Shown here piece after piece: positions 26,051 to 44,000 of a DNA stretch of 64,000 nucleotides; positions within the stretch are counted from its first letter, which is position 1, and each line of letters starts with the position of its first letter. Position numbers and translations under genes: made by a program. Origin of the DNA: Macrostomum hystrix. Its lineage: Eukaryota; Animalia; Platyhelminthes. Below the pieces are notes generated by a model, which had not been told where the DNA came from, searched no databases, and saw only the letters and a list, made by a program, of their open reading frames with translations. Location: assembly GCA_950097015.1 (NCBI GenBank), contig CATNEN010000029.1:7998001-8062000 (forward strand), given 5' to 3'.

Positions 26051-27277
26051 ATGAACAATTTTCACAGGGACTCAGCATTTTATGTAGACAGCAAAAAAGA
26101 GAAATTCGGTGACAGAGAATTGAAAATAGACAAGAGCGACAACGCCTTGATAATTGACAACGAGTGCAAGCGGATTATGCGCAAGCTCTGCAGCGTCCAG
26201 CCTGCCAGTACTCTTGAGTCAGGCGAGGCGGAAGTGACGCAGCCGTCTGAATTCTTGAGCCCGGAGGATCGAATATTATTCTTTAAAACGAAGATGTTCT
26301 ACCTGCTTCAGGAGCGTTACTACTATAAACAAAAAAGTATTCGCAAAAAAAGTAAAACGGACGCCGGAGACGGCATTCTGAGGATAGCCCCGGCCTACCC
26401 TGCTTTTCTGTCGCCGTTCGGCGATTCGTCAGACAAAGACGAGATGCGCGAAGGCAATCCACTTTCGAGAAGACGCAATGCTCGCATTTCTTCTAGCACA
26501 GATAATTTCAAAACGCAGAGTACCAAGGCGCTCATTGCGAAGAGAACGTTGCCAAACGAAGCTAATCCTAGCTTGGCTCCTATGAATGAGAGGGGCAGCA
26601 TGGCTAAATTCCTAGAAAACCTTCGCAAGGCCGATGTCACCGTTGCCCGCATGCTAGAGGATAAGATTAGCAAAACAGCGGGTGGAGCTGGCTATACCCT
26701 TCTGTTCCAAAAAGAGTCGCAAAGAGCCAACATGCTCCTGAGCCTCTTCCCGGACCATTGTGAGCTCATGGAAGACGGCAAGGATGGGGAGAGCAAGCTC
26801 AACAATCTGGTTAATAACGTGAGAACTCGCATTAAATACTTCGATAAGCTGCAGCAGTTTTATGAGAGTCCCACCAATCACGACGATAACATGGAGCACG
26901 TGTTCACGGTGCCGAATGTGGAACCGAAAGTGGAGATTCCGGAGCTGGCGCTGCTCAAGACAAAGCGGCTGCACCAATTGGACGAGAAGAAGATGCAGAA
27001 TCTGTACAGCGTGTTCAAGGATGACTACACATCCGCCAAGACCACACTGATTGCGGACGGCACTCAGCCGGTGGTGCTAAGCAAGAAGAAGCTAGACAAG
27101 GTGAAGAGATACGTGGAAGAGTGTAAAGAATGGAAGGGAACAATGCTGGTACCATACATACCGATGACCAACTTCTTTGCGTTGGCTATACCCAGGAATC
27201 GGCAAGAAATTAGCCCAATGGAGTACATAGAGACGGAGAAATCAGAGTCCACGGCTCAATGCAACACAGTGCGATAG
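26051..27277 (+). CDS. Intronless 408-aa orphan ORF, function unknown
   Basis: Long non-repetitive ATG-initiated ORF, more GC-rich than its AT-rich flanks, with a charged, globular-looking composition. No family recognised with confidence. Confidence 0.6.
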   Translation: MNNFHRDSAFYVDSKKEKFGDRELKIDKSDNALIIDNECKRIMRKLCSVQPASTLESGEAEVTQPSEFLSPEDRILFFKTKMFYLLQERYYYKQKSIRKKSKTDAGDGILRIAPAYPAFLSPFGDSSDKDEMREGNPLSRRRNARISSSTDNFKTQSTKALIAKRTLPNEANPSLAPMNERGSMAKFLENLRKADVTVARMLEDKISKTAGGAGYTLLFQKESQRANMLLSLFPDHCELMEDGKDGESKLNNLVNNVRTRIKYFDKLQQFYESPTNHDDNMEHVFTVPNVEPKVEIPELALLKTKRLHQLDEKKMQNLYSVFKDDYTSAKTTLIADGTQPVVLSKKKLDKVKRYVEECKEWKGTMLVPYIPMTNFFALAIPRNRQEISPMEYIETEKSESTAQCNTVR

Positions 27278-27510
27278 CTCATATTATTTTACAATAACTA
27301 TTTTTTTGCACACGGTGGAACACTTTTCTTCGAACAAAAGTTTATCTCAAACATACATACCTTGGCTTAAGGATATAACTGAGCGTTAATGCTGTTAAAA
27401 TTTGTTCAGAAATACGTTCAAAGAGCTAAATAATTATGCTTATTATTAATTGTGAAAAAACACGACCGCGCAAATCATAAGCAGCCAAGGCCGGGAAACG
27501 TTAAATCGAG

Positions 27511-29432
27511 CTACAAGACCTCACTGAGCTACTTCCCTTCACTGAGCCACAACCTCTCACTGAGCTACAACCCTCACTGAGCTACAACCCTCACTGAGCT
27601 ACAACCCTCACTGAGCTACAACCCCTCACTGAGCTACAACCCTCACTGAGCTACAACCCTCACTGAGCTACAACCCCTCACTGAGCTACAACCCTCACTG
27701 AGCTACAACCCTCACTGAGCTACAACCCTCACTGAGCTACAACCCTCACTGAGCTACAACCCCTCACTGAGCTACAACCCCTCACTGAGCTACAACCCCT
27801 CACTGAGCTACAACCCTCACTGAGCTACAACACCTCACTGAGCTACAACCCCTCACTGAGCTACAACCCCTCACTGAGCTACAACCCCTCACTGAGCTAC
27901 AACACCTCACTGAGCTACAACCCCTCACTGAGCTACAACCCTCACTGAGCTACAAGACCTCAGTAAGCTACAACCCCTCACTGAGCTACAACCCTCACTG
28001 AGCTACAACCCTCACTGAGCAACAACCCTCACTAAGCTACAACCCTCACTGAGCTACAACACCTCACTAAGCTACAACACCTCACTAAGCTACAACACCT
28101 CACTCAGCTACAAAACCTCACTAAGCTACAAGACCTCAGTAAGCTACAACCCCTCACTAAGCTACAACACCTCACTAAGCTACAACACCTCACTAAGCTA
28201 CAACACCTCACTAAGCTACAACACCTCACTAAGCTACAACACCTCACTAAGCTACAAGATCTCAGTAAGCTACAAGACCTCAGTAAGCTACAAGACCTCA
28301 GTAAGCTACAACCCCTCACTAAGCTACAAGACCTCACTAAGCTACAACACCTCAGTAAGCTACAAGATCTCAGTAAGCTACAAGACCTCAGTAAGCTACA
28401 ACCCCTCACTAAGCTACAAGACCTCAGTAAGCTACAACACCTCAGTAAGCTACAACACCTCACTAAGCTACAACACCTCAGTAAGCTACAACACCTCAGT
28501 AAGCTACAAGACCTCAGTAAGCTACAAGACCTCAGTAAGCTACAAGACCTCCTCAGTAAGCTACAAGATCTCAGTAAGCTACAACACCTCAGTAAGCTAC
28601 AACACCTCAGTAAGCTACAACACCTCAGTAAGCTACAACACCTCACTAAGCTACAACCCCTCACTAAGCTACAACACCTCAGTAAGCTACAAGATCTCAG
28701 TAAGCTACAAGATCTCAGTAAGCTACAACACCTCAGTAAGCTACAACACCTCACTAAGCTACAACACCTCACTAAGCTACAACACCTCAGTAAGCTACAA
28801 CACCTCAGTAAGCTACAAGACCTCAGTAAGCTACAAGACCTCAGTAAGCTACAAGACCTCAGTAAGCTACAAGACCTCAGTAAGCTACAAGACCTCAGTA
28901 AGCTACAAGACCTCACTAAGCTAGAAGACCTCACTAAGCTACAACACCTCAGTAAGCTACAAGATCTCAGTAAGCTACAAGACCTCAGTAAGCTACAAGA
29001 TCTCAGTAAGCTACAAGACCTCAGTAAGCTACAACACCTCACTAAGCTACAAGACCTCAGTAAGCTACAAGACCTCAGTAAGCTACAACCCCTCACTAAG
29101 CTACAAGACCTCACTAAGCTACAAGACCTCAGTAAGCTACAACACCTCAGTAAGCTATAACCCCCACTAAGCTACAAGACCTCACTAAGCTACAAGACCT
29201 CAGTAAGCTACAAGACCTCAGTAAGCTACAACCCCTCACTAAGCTACAAGACCTCAGTAAGCTACAAGACCTCACTAAGCTACAAGACCTCAGTAAGCTA
29301 CAAGACCTCACTAAGCTAGAAGACCTCAGTAAGCTACAACACCTCACTAAGCTACAAGACCTCAGTAAGCTACAACACCTCAGTAAGCTATAACCCCCAC
29401 TAAGTTACAACCCTCACTAAGCTAGAACCTTA
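27511..29432. repeat. Minisatellite, 17-18 bp CTCACTGAGCTACAACC / CTCAGTAAGCTACAAGAC
   Basis: ~1.9 kb array, more than 100 copies, with the variant composition changing along it. Confidence 0.95.
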
Positions 29433-29988
29433 GTGAGTGACACTATACACTGAAAAGCGATTGCTTGTACGTGCATATAAGCCTAGAATCTTAAAAAATT
29501 AAAGAACGAAAGAAATGAAATAACAAAGGAAAGAAAACATTGAGACTTTTTTGTAGAGTTTTCCACAATTGAGAAAACCACCGCATACCTGAAAGCAGAA
29601 AAATAAAGTACATTTTGATTGCTTTTTTCGGCATAGTTAATAACTCAATAATCGTCGAATGAAGACACCAAATAAAGGCGGATTGCGCTGATTCTATTGA
29701 GTAGTATAACAATACCGGGTGTTATAGAGAAAATAATAGTGAAGCGATACGATTCGCAACAGCAAGCTGAGATAGTGCAGTTTGAATTAGAAAAAAATTG
29801 CAACACAAATTGTAACAAAATGTTCAGTACATCGCAGACTTGTGTTTTGCAAGTTGCGCTTCATTTCAGGCTTTGCACACTTCGAATGCACGAAAAGAAG
29901 TGCCCTGATATGAAACTAGAATAAAATAAAGTTAACTCAGCTAATGAGCTTTTCAGAATTGTAAACTAGAAAATCTTGACATTAAAAG

Positions 29989-30342
29989 TGCAAGGACCAC
30001 TAGAAGGACGGGAGGGACACTTCGTTTCTTGGAAAATTTATTAAAGGCAGATTTTCACGGAAAATGCACAAGCGAGATAGGAACATTTCACGTTTTCACT
30101 TTAAAATGTTGATAAATGTTTACTGGAGGCAGATACAGTGCCGTTCTTTTAATATATCTTGCATTTTTGTTGCATTTTTTCCAAGCAAAAAATTGGCCAA
30201 GCAAAAGACTAATTTTACGTCTGATTGGTTGCTATCGTGATTCATGATAAATAAATGAAAAAGGAGTAAGTAAAACAATTTAAATAACTGTTGCTCATAA
30301 ATAAAAACAAGTGTCCCCATTCTTCTTCTAGTGGTCCTTGCA
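29989..30342 (-). mobile_element. Mariner-like MITE / deletion derivative
   Basis: ~30-bp imperfect TIRs starting TGCAAGGACCACTAGAAG...GGGACACTT. An internal minus-strand remnant FCLANFLLGKNATKMQDILKE resembles a mariner transposase N-terminal HTH. Confidence 0.6.
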
Positions 30343-30848
30343 AAAGTGTTGCAGCCTGAACATTAGCATATAATAGTTGCCACAGAGTCAGAGTAAATTT
30401 TTAACCGCCAATCACAATGTAGGACTTATCCATATTAGGAGCGAATGAAAACGTAACGCGATTAATCAAACAATTCAACTATTATATATTTACAAAGTAC
30501 ATTCAAACAGCCAATAGAGTATGAGCTGAATTTAAAGTTCAAGACCACAAGAAAGCATCCAGGTACTGCTTACGACGAAAATTTATAAAGTTATTAGACA
30601 ATCGATAATGCCCACGAAGAGGAGGACAACAAGACATGGCACCTGTTTGCGGATGTTGAAGTGCTTTTTTAAAAAATTACCATCACATTAGTAACGACAC
30701 AAGAATAAGGAGTGTTTAGAAAATCGGATGTAATGGTAAGAACTAAACATTTCTGTTTAAGAAATGCAACATTGTAAACAATATTAGAATAAAACTGAAT
30801 AATTGCACACAGAAATTCTGAATATTTGACAAAAAATTGTTTAAAATA

Positions 30849-31855
30849 AGGAAACAGGTGGGTCAGAAGGACACGGAAACAGGTGGGTCAGAAGGACACG
30901 GAAATAGGTGGGTCAGAAGGACACGGAAACAGGTGGGTCAGAAGGACAGGGAAACAGGTGGGTCAGAAGGACACGGAAACAGGTGGGTCAGAAGGACACG
31001 GAAACAGGTGGGTCAGAATGACACGGAAACAGGTGGGTCAGAAGGACACGGAAACAGGTGGGTCAGAAGGACAGGGAAACAGGTGGGTCAGAAGGACACG
31101 GAAACAGGTGGGTCAGAATGACACGGAAACAGGTGGGTCAGAAGGACACGGAAACAGGTGGGTCTGAAGGACACGGAAACAGGTGGGTCAGAAGGACACG
31201 GAAACAGGTGGGTCAGAAGGACACGGAAACAGGTGGGTCAGAAGGACACGGAAACACGTGGTTCAGAATGACACGGAAACAGGTGGGTCAGAAGGACACG
31301 GAAACAGGTGGTCAGAAGGACACGGAAACAGGTGGGTCAGAAGGACAGGGAAACAGGTGGGTCAGAAGGACACGGAAACAGGTGGGTCAGAATGACACGG
31401 AAACAGGTGGGTCAGAAGGACACGGAAACAGGTGGGTCTGAAGGACACGGAAACAGGTGGGTCAGAAGGACACGGAAACAGGTGGGTCAGAAGGACACGG
31501 AAACAGGTGGGTCAGAAGGACACGGAAACACGTGGTTCAGAATGACACGGAAACAGGTGGGTCAGAAGGACACGGAAACAGGTGGGTCAGAAGGACACGG
31601 AAACAGGTGGGTCAGAAGGACACGGAAATAGGTGGGTCAGAAGGACACAGAAACAGGTGGGTCAGAAGGACACGGAAACAGGTGGGTCAGAAGGACACGG
31701 AAACAGGTGGGTCAGAAGGACACGGAAACAGGTGGGTCAGAAGGACACGGAAACAGGTGGGTCAGAAGGACACGGAAACACGTGGGTCAGAATGACACGG
31801 AAACAGGTGGGTCAGAAGGACAGGGAAACAGGTGGGTCAGAATGACACGGAAACG
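30849..31855. repeat. Minisatellite, 25-bp GAAACAGGTGGGTCAGAAGGACACG
   Basis: ~40 copies. Confidence 0.95.
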
Positions 31856-32179
31856 GAGAGTCAGTCAGAAATTTTCTACAAGCCTGACAGTGCGAATGCA
31901 TGTAATGAAATCAGAAATGGAATTCATCAGTTAAAATGTACAGCGAATCTGCTCAAGAGTACGGACTATTCTAAAAAGTCATCACACTGAGAAAAAATAA
32001 AACAAATATAATTTAAACATAACACTTTATCATTAACTAGAGATTGAAAATTGAACGATAAAGGACTTCTGTATTCTAGGGATTTGTTAGACACTGTTTA
32101 ATAAAGAAAACATTAATAACTCTTAAAGTTTTAGTCATTAAGTGTTTATGTTTTGATTGCCGAATACTTCCATGGAAAT

Positions 32180-32478
32180 AATCACGACATACTTTGACTT
32201 CTTCCCTAATGACCTATCATGACCTACTTCCTTATGACCTATCATGACCTTATTTCTCATGACATACCATGACCATCTTTCACATGGCCTACCATGAACT
32301 TCTTCCTCACGACATACTCTGACTTCTTCCCTAATGACCTATCATGACATTCGTCCTCATGACCTATCATGACCTACTTTCTCGTGACCTACTATTACCT
32401 TCTTCCTCATGACCTATCATGACCTTCTTCCTCATGACCTATCATGACCTACTTCCTCATGACCTACCATGACCTACT
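32180..32478. repeat. Degenerate CATGACCT-based repeat just downstream of the PI4K2 stop
   Basis: Repeated catgacctatcatgaccttcttcct-like units. Confidence 0.8.
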
Positions 32479-32497
32479 AGGCCCGCAGCCGGTCAGG

Positions 32498-37138
<4,641 letters not shown>

Positions 37139-38211
37139 TCTGAGGAGTCTTGATGGCTGCTTTAGCTACGGACAATAGCCAATCACTTAATCTGAAATAA
37201 TTCAATTAAAATTTTATAAACGTAACAAGTTTACTTAAGTTAATAAATTTAAAGCAAATCAATTTTTAAAGTTGTTGAATGTTAGTGGTATCTTTTTCAG
37301 ATATGGTATGCTTCTTAAAAATCCGAAGGTGCCTTTTAAGTCAATCCTAAGGATTGACAATATAATGCATAGTGCATGAAATTTAGTTTTTGTTATAGAG
37401 GAAGTTTTATCAATAAGCTATAATAATATGAAGACACTGTTTGGTACATTTTCTACAGACCATAAAAAATGTTTTACAATTTTTTCTGTCTATGGTCTAA
37501 GAACTAAAAATCTAATTTTGCCAAAAAATTGAATGTGTGGAATATTCAAATTTGCTTGCAAAGAATTATTTTTAAGTATATTTTTGTTACAAATATATTT
37601 TCTAGTGAGCTTTTATATTTTGGTTTAGGCAGACACTATGAAGGAAAATGGTAAGGATCATAGATCTCTAGGCTGTCAGTAAAACCTTCAACAGCATTTG
37701 TAAATACAAATAACATAGCTATGGGCTAAAAGTAAAATACTTGTTTGTTGTATACTGAGAAGAGAAACATGCATAAATGAAAAATTAAAAAATTCATGCA
37801 AATTTAATATATAGCTATTCAATTCAAAAACATTTTGGAAGAATTGCAACCCCTTTGTTTATATTTTTACTTTACAACATATGATTGGATATAACAGTTT
37901 CAATTGTAGATAGGTCCTAACCAAGTGAACAAAAGTCAAACTTGCTGGAAATAACTTTGTAAGTACTTTTTTGTAGTAAAATACTTTTCGTTTTTAGCAT
38001 TGCTACATTTTTTGTATTTGCTACCAAAGTGATTGGTAGATCATTTTATGTAGTTATCTGCATTAATGCATTAATTGCAGAATAGTCCATGGGCTTGGCC
38101 ATCTGGCATGGCCAAAACCATTATGTCTCACTTAGACAATTATTATAATTCAAAGTCAAAAAAGTTTAACACAAGTTTTATGTGCCTAACATATAGACAA
38201 AAATATATGAG

Positions 38212-38862
38212 CTTGATCCCCGAGGGGTGGGATCCCCTCGCACACAGAAGAGCGGCGACTCAGAAGGGCATTCCCAGGATGATGCGGTGCAGAAAGTCCT
38301 GGGGAAGTTGCTGCCAAGCATTTGCAATGGCGTGATGCAGCTCCGAAGCATTCTGTGGTGCATTCTCTTTTCGAATGCTGCGCTTTAGAAAGTCCCAGAC
38401 ATGCTTGATTGGATTCATGTCTGGGGACCGGGAAGGCCAGCACAGAGTGCGGATCAGTAGCTGCTCTTTCACTTGACCAACAGCATCGGCTCGGTGTGGC
38501 GGTGCGTTATCATCCTGGAAAATGCAGTTGCCAACTCCTCCAAAAGCAGCGTCGGCAAACGGTAGGAACCGAGTCTGCAGAAGATCTGCGAGCAACTTCG
38601 CTGATGGACACACTGACTTCCAGAATTCCAACAGCACGCCATCGTTGAGCATTAGTCATTTGCCGGGCCATCGTGTGTGTGAATTAGACTGAAAATTTGA
38701 CTAAAAAATAGACTGAAAGTTACGCAGTTTTGTACCATTACACAGACCCAAGCCCCCCAAGTGACAATAAGCTTCGCTACGTGCCACAAGTTGCGTCACT
38801 CACTATAAGTGAGAAAAATTCTATCTCGCTTGGAGGGTGGAACTTTTGACTGTTGCTGAGTA
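38212..38862 (-). mobile_element. Degenerate Tc1-family transposon fragment
   Basis: Transposase C-terminus IFQDDNAPPHRA...WPSRSPDMNPIKHVW (DD34E Glu replaced by Lys), then GMPF*VAALLCARGSH with an in-frame stop. A Tc1-like terminus TA-TACTCAGCAACAGTCAAAAGTT lies at ~38840-38864. Confidence 0.85.
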
Positions 38863-41037
38863 TAAGTGAAAATGTAGGTTAGGGTCTTTGAGTGGATGGG
38901 GAATGGCCATTTGATAAGAGAACAATCGAACAAAAACACTAACAAATATATTAATTTACAATTTAAATTAATTAAGTTTAGGCTTTAAAGAAGAGAGCAA
39001 CGTTACTTTTACGTGTTCATTTTTATAGAGTGACAATGTCAGTGACCACGTGAGTTCTAAGAAAATAGCGTAGCTTTCAGGTTTAAATAAAAAAGTAACT
39101 CACTCTTCTTTCAATTAGAGACTTCAGAAATAAACAGTTATTTTATTTTATACTAATAAAATAGCTAAGATTAGACAATTAGTTTACAAAAGCATTTTGT
39201 ATCAACTTTGATTAATGCATGGTATTTTTTATTTTGTTAGGTCGACGAATACGTGTCTGACGAATCCGCTAGTATCAGTTATCCGTTGTCATTTTAGTTT
39301 TGCAAACCACGCGTAATATATTTATTTTAGACTTATGGTCTTGAGAGGATTTTACATATATATGTCTGAATTATGCACAGCTTTATAAGACCTATGTTTG
39401 AGACCGCTTGTAATAGGTGATGGGTGTCTTTGAGTGTTTCAGTGGGTATCTTGATGTTGAAGTAAAGCAGACCTTTAATGTTCTAGTTTTTTAATATTTA
39501 ATATTGCTATACTATTATAGCAATTTCGAAAAATAATTTTCTGCAACATTATGTTACGCACAAAATGCATGTGATGTACACCACATTGATTTTAAAAGTA
39601 TAGCATTTTTGCGAAAGTTTTGGTCAAAAAACAAATAAGATAATTTGCGTCTTATACTGACGGGTGTTTTACTTGTAACAATGATTTTAACACACTAACG
39701 CCGACACTTTAAAGTAGCGCATTTTTTCGTTAACATTGTAAATCTATAGGAAAGCATAGATTACGGCGACTAATTAATTTTTGATCGAGTGAAGGAGGGA
39801 CTAAAAATATATAAATTGTATTGATGTTTTAAAACAAGAATCAAGAAACCACAGAATCGGCATTTTTTATTAAATTTGAAAGGCGTTGAGTTGAGGCGTT
39901 TATTTATTCTACACTATATCAAGGAGAAAATAAAGTAAAAGAATTATGCTTTAAATATGTGTCTATTAAACTAAATCAAAACAGAAATGTGATTAAGATT
40001 TTATAAAATTATTTATCAGACAAAAGGTAAACAAGATTACGATGTGAATTTTGTGCCGCGGTACTTTATCTGCTTTACACAGAAAAGGAAACTTTAGAAA
40101 GTAACGCCACCATGAACAAAGAAGAAAATCAAAAATACTGTACGTTAAACAGTACAAATGGTTGTTATTTACTATACTAGTATAAATTACAGGCATGTAT
40201 ATTATCTTACTCATCAATCTGAAAGTTCAATCGGGAATAAAAATAGCATGTTTCCAGAATTTTGGTTACTTGCAGTCTAAGGTTTATGCCACTAAATAAG
40301 AGTAGCTGTTGATTGTGCTAAGCACAGGGAAGCTCACTTAAGAGCATTTGATAAAAAAGTATAGCAAAAACTACTACATATCAACACTTCGTACACAACA
40401 GTAATGCAACACGATGTCTGCACGGCAATCAACAGACGCACGAAACTAAGGTAGTAAAAGCTTAACCCGTCCAAAAACGGCAAAAGTGGCCATTAGCTGA
40501 AAAAAACGTTAATAAGCTGTTTGTGGTCTGTTTAAGTTAGCATGGCTCGCTTTGTGTTCTGTTCAGTTTGATAGCGAATTCACTATACCTGTTACACAAA
40601 GGCACAGTACTGTACACATCTACGCCAATCAAAGGCGCACTATATTGTAAAACCATAGTCAAACAGTGTTATAAAAACTAATAAAGAAAAAATTGTGTCC
40701 TAGCAATTTTTTGTTTGTTATGCGCATCAGAAAAAAGTGACGTGGCAGACATGGCATACTACTGCGAGTAAAGCCAATCGTCAAAGGAGTTCAGTGCCTT
40801 AATAGGGACAGCAATGGAAAGTCAGAGAATAACCTAGACTACTTACAAATACTACGAACTACGAGCCCTGATAACAGCCTATATGTAGCGAAAAAGCTTT
40901 ACGCAGTGCCTACTTAGACAAGTCAAATAGGTATTGTAAAATGAGAATGCTTATGATACAAAGACCAGGAAAGTAGAAACTTTAATAAGCCTTAGTCACT
41001 TATAATTTGCTTGTCATGTTTTTAAACTGAAAACACG

Positions 41038-44000
41038 TCAAACAGCGAAGCTGGTCTTTACTGAGAAACGGCCGTGCCTTTTTCCGTCCGGCTCGGCTTC
41101 AGTCGACAGCGAGGTCCCGCTAGAGGAAGCGCCGCTGGCATCCTGCAACGGTCGGAGCGGCGCCGATTTGGCCGCTCTGTGGTTGCCCAGACTGCGACGC
41201 TGTCGGACGCTCAAAGTTCGCGCCAATCGTTTGGCATTGGACGGATCTAGCGGCAGGGGCCCGGCCCGACTGCTGGCGCAGATTGTCATATAGTTGGTGT
41301 CGGCCATGACATCCTGAAGGCGTTCGGCAAACTTTTCAACAGCCGCCTGTGAGCTGGCACTCGGAAGTATGAGCTTTTTAAAGCCGGCAAATTCCGACTG
41401 GAGCTGGGAGCGCGAATCGCCGTGCAGGCACTCATTGTTCTCCCTGGCGTAGCGAATGTCGTGACTAAAGAATTCCCGATTGGCGTCGCTACGCTCAGTC
41501 CTGTCCGGGGCGACCTCCTTCAGGGCCAGCCAGAAGTAGCTGCACAGCACAATGATGACGATGTTTAGCAGGCACAGTACCATGCTCTGCGCGCTCATGA
41601 TGAGCAGCTCAAAGGTGACACTGCACACATAGGTGGGCTTGAATACGAACTGGCTGCAAAGTTTTGTTAAATAAAGGCATCAAGAATCTTTGAATGGCTT
41701 ACTCACAAGGGGATCTTAAAATCAACAGGTTTAGCTCAAAATCTATCCCCGATAATCCTCACAAGACGGTTCTGGAAATCAAATCAAATCGATCCATGAT
41801 AATTTCCTTATTGGAGAGGCAAAAAATCAATGCGCTGTTCTAACAATTCATACCAGATAGTCGCCGATAGTTTAAAATCTAACCAAGAATGCTAGCTGAA
41901 AACATTTTCATTAACAGTAGAAAGACCACGCTATTTTACCCCCGCCGCCATGGGGAAAGACCACGATATTTTACCCCCGCCGCCATGGGGAAGACCACGA
42001 TATTTTACCCCCGCCGCCATGGGGAAAGACCACGCTATTTTACCCCCGCCGCCATGAGGAAGACCACGATATTTTACCCCTGCCGCCATGGGGAAAGACC
42101 ACGCTATTTTACCCCCGCCGCCATGGGGAAGACCACGATATTTTACCCCCGCCGCCATGGGGGAAGACCACGATATTTTACCCCCGCCGCCATGGGGGAA
42201 TACCACGGGGCATTTCAAGCACGCACTGCCTGCTTCACAATAGCTCCCAAACCGAATAAGAGATTTTCGTGGAAGTCTACCATCTGAATCAAAATTTTCC
42301 TGTATATGGGTCTTTCTAAAGTTAACGGACTCACTTAAAGTGCTGATAAGAGCAACTTGGCGGCTTCAATGATTGAATGTATTCAGCCGTGGCATTAGAA
42401 GCGGCTGCATCGGCTGGAGCAATGAGAACAGGCGGCCTGAAGGCGGCCATGAGGCAATAGGCCAGCAGCATGCCGGAGTTGGCCACAGGCGGTAGAAGGC
42501 TAGCCGAGATGGCCACCCCAACATTGGCCGAATGGTCGCCCTGCAGCACGGAGACGGAGACGCCGTAGGCTGATGCCGAAGCCACGATGATGCCAAACAG
42601 GAGACTGGCGTGCTGGCCGCGGTCCGTCATCTCTTTCGTGGGAAAATCGGACACGCCTAGCAACAGCAGGGGACCAATGAGCACGAATAGCATTAGAAAG
42701 CCAGTTAAGAAGATGATGCCTGAGGCTAGCAGGGTGTTGTAGACGGAGTGCAGAACAGCTTTGAATCGCTTCAATCGCCAGCTGAATGTCAGTGCCAAGA
42801 TTGGGCCCATGAATGGTGACAGGAGCATGCTCGCCACCTGCAGGCATGGGGTAGAAATCACAGGTAGAATTCAGCTCATATCGGGTTACGTAAGCGAGAA
42901 GTCTTTGTCTAGGATTCTCAACGCAAACTCACTACATCACAACAGTGTGATAATTATTTCCATAGTCATTGAGCGAGATGGCATTATCGCAATATCCCCA
43001 TAGTCATTCAGCGAGATGGCATTATCGCAATATCCCCATAGTCATTCAGCGAGATGGCATTATCGCAATATCCCCATAGTCATTCAGCGAGATGGCATTA
43101 TCGCAATAACCCCATAGTCATTCAGCGAGATGGCATTATCGCAATATCCCCATAGTCATTCAGCGAGACGGCATTATCGCAATATCCCCATAGTCATTCA
43201 GCGAGATGGCATTATCGCAATATCCCCATAGTCATTCAGCGAGATGGCATTATCGCAATATCCCCATAGTCATTCAGCGAGATGGCATTATCGCAATATC
43301 CCCATAGTCATTCAGCGAGATGGCATTATCGCAATATCCCCATAGTCATTCAGCGAGATGGCATTATCGCAATATCCCCATAGTCATTCAGCGAGACGGC
43401 ATTATCGCAATATCCCCATAGTCATTCAGCGAGATGGCATTATCGCAATATCCCCATAGTCATTCAGCGAGACGGCATTATCACAATATCCCCATAGTCA
43501 TTCAGCGAGACGGCATTATCGCAATATCCCCATAGTCATTCAGCGAGATGGCATTATCGCAATATCCCCATAGTCATTCAGCGAGACGGCATTATCGCAA
43601 TATCCCCATAGTCATTCAGCGAGATGGCATTATCGCAATATCCCCATAGTCATTCAGCGAGACGGCATTATCGCAATATCCCCATAGTCATTCAGCGAGA
43701 TGGCATTATCGCAATATCCCCATAGTCATTCAGCGAGATGGCATTATCGCAATATCCCCATAGTCATTCAGCGAGATGGCATTATCGCAATATCCCCATA
43801 GTCATTCAGCGAGACGGCATTATCGCAATATCCCCATAGTCATTCAGCGAGATGGCATTATCGCAATATCCCCATAGTCATTCAGCGAGACGGCATTATC
43901 ACAATATCCCCATAGTCATTCAGCGAGACGGCATTATCGCAATATCCCCATAGTCATTCAGCGAGATGGCATTATCGCAATATCCCCATAGTCATTCAGC

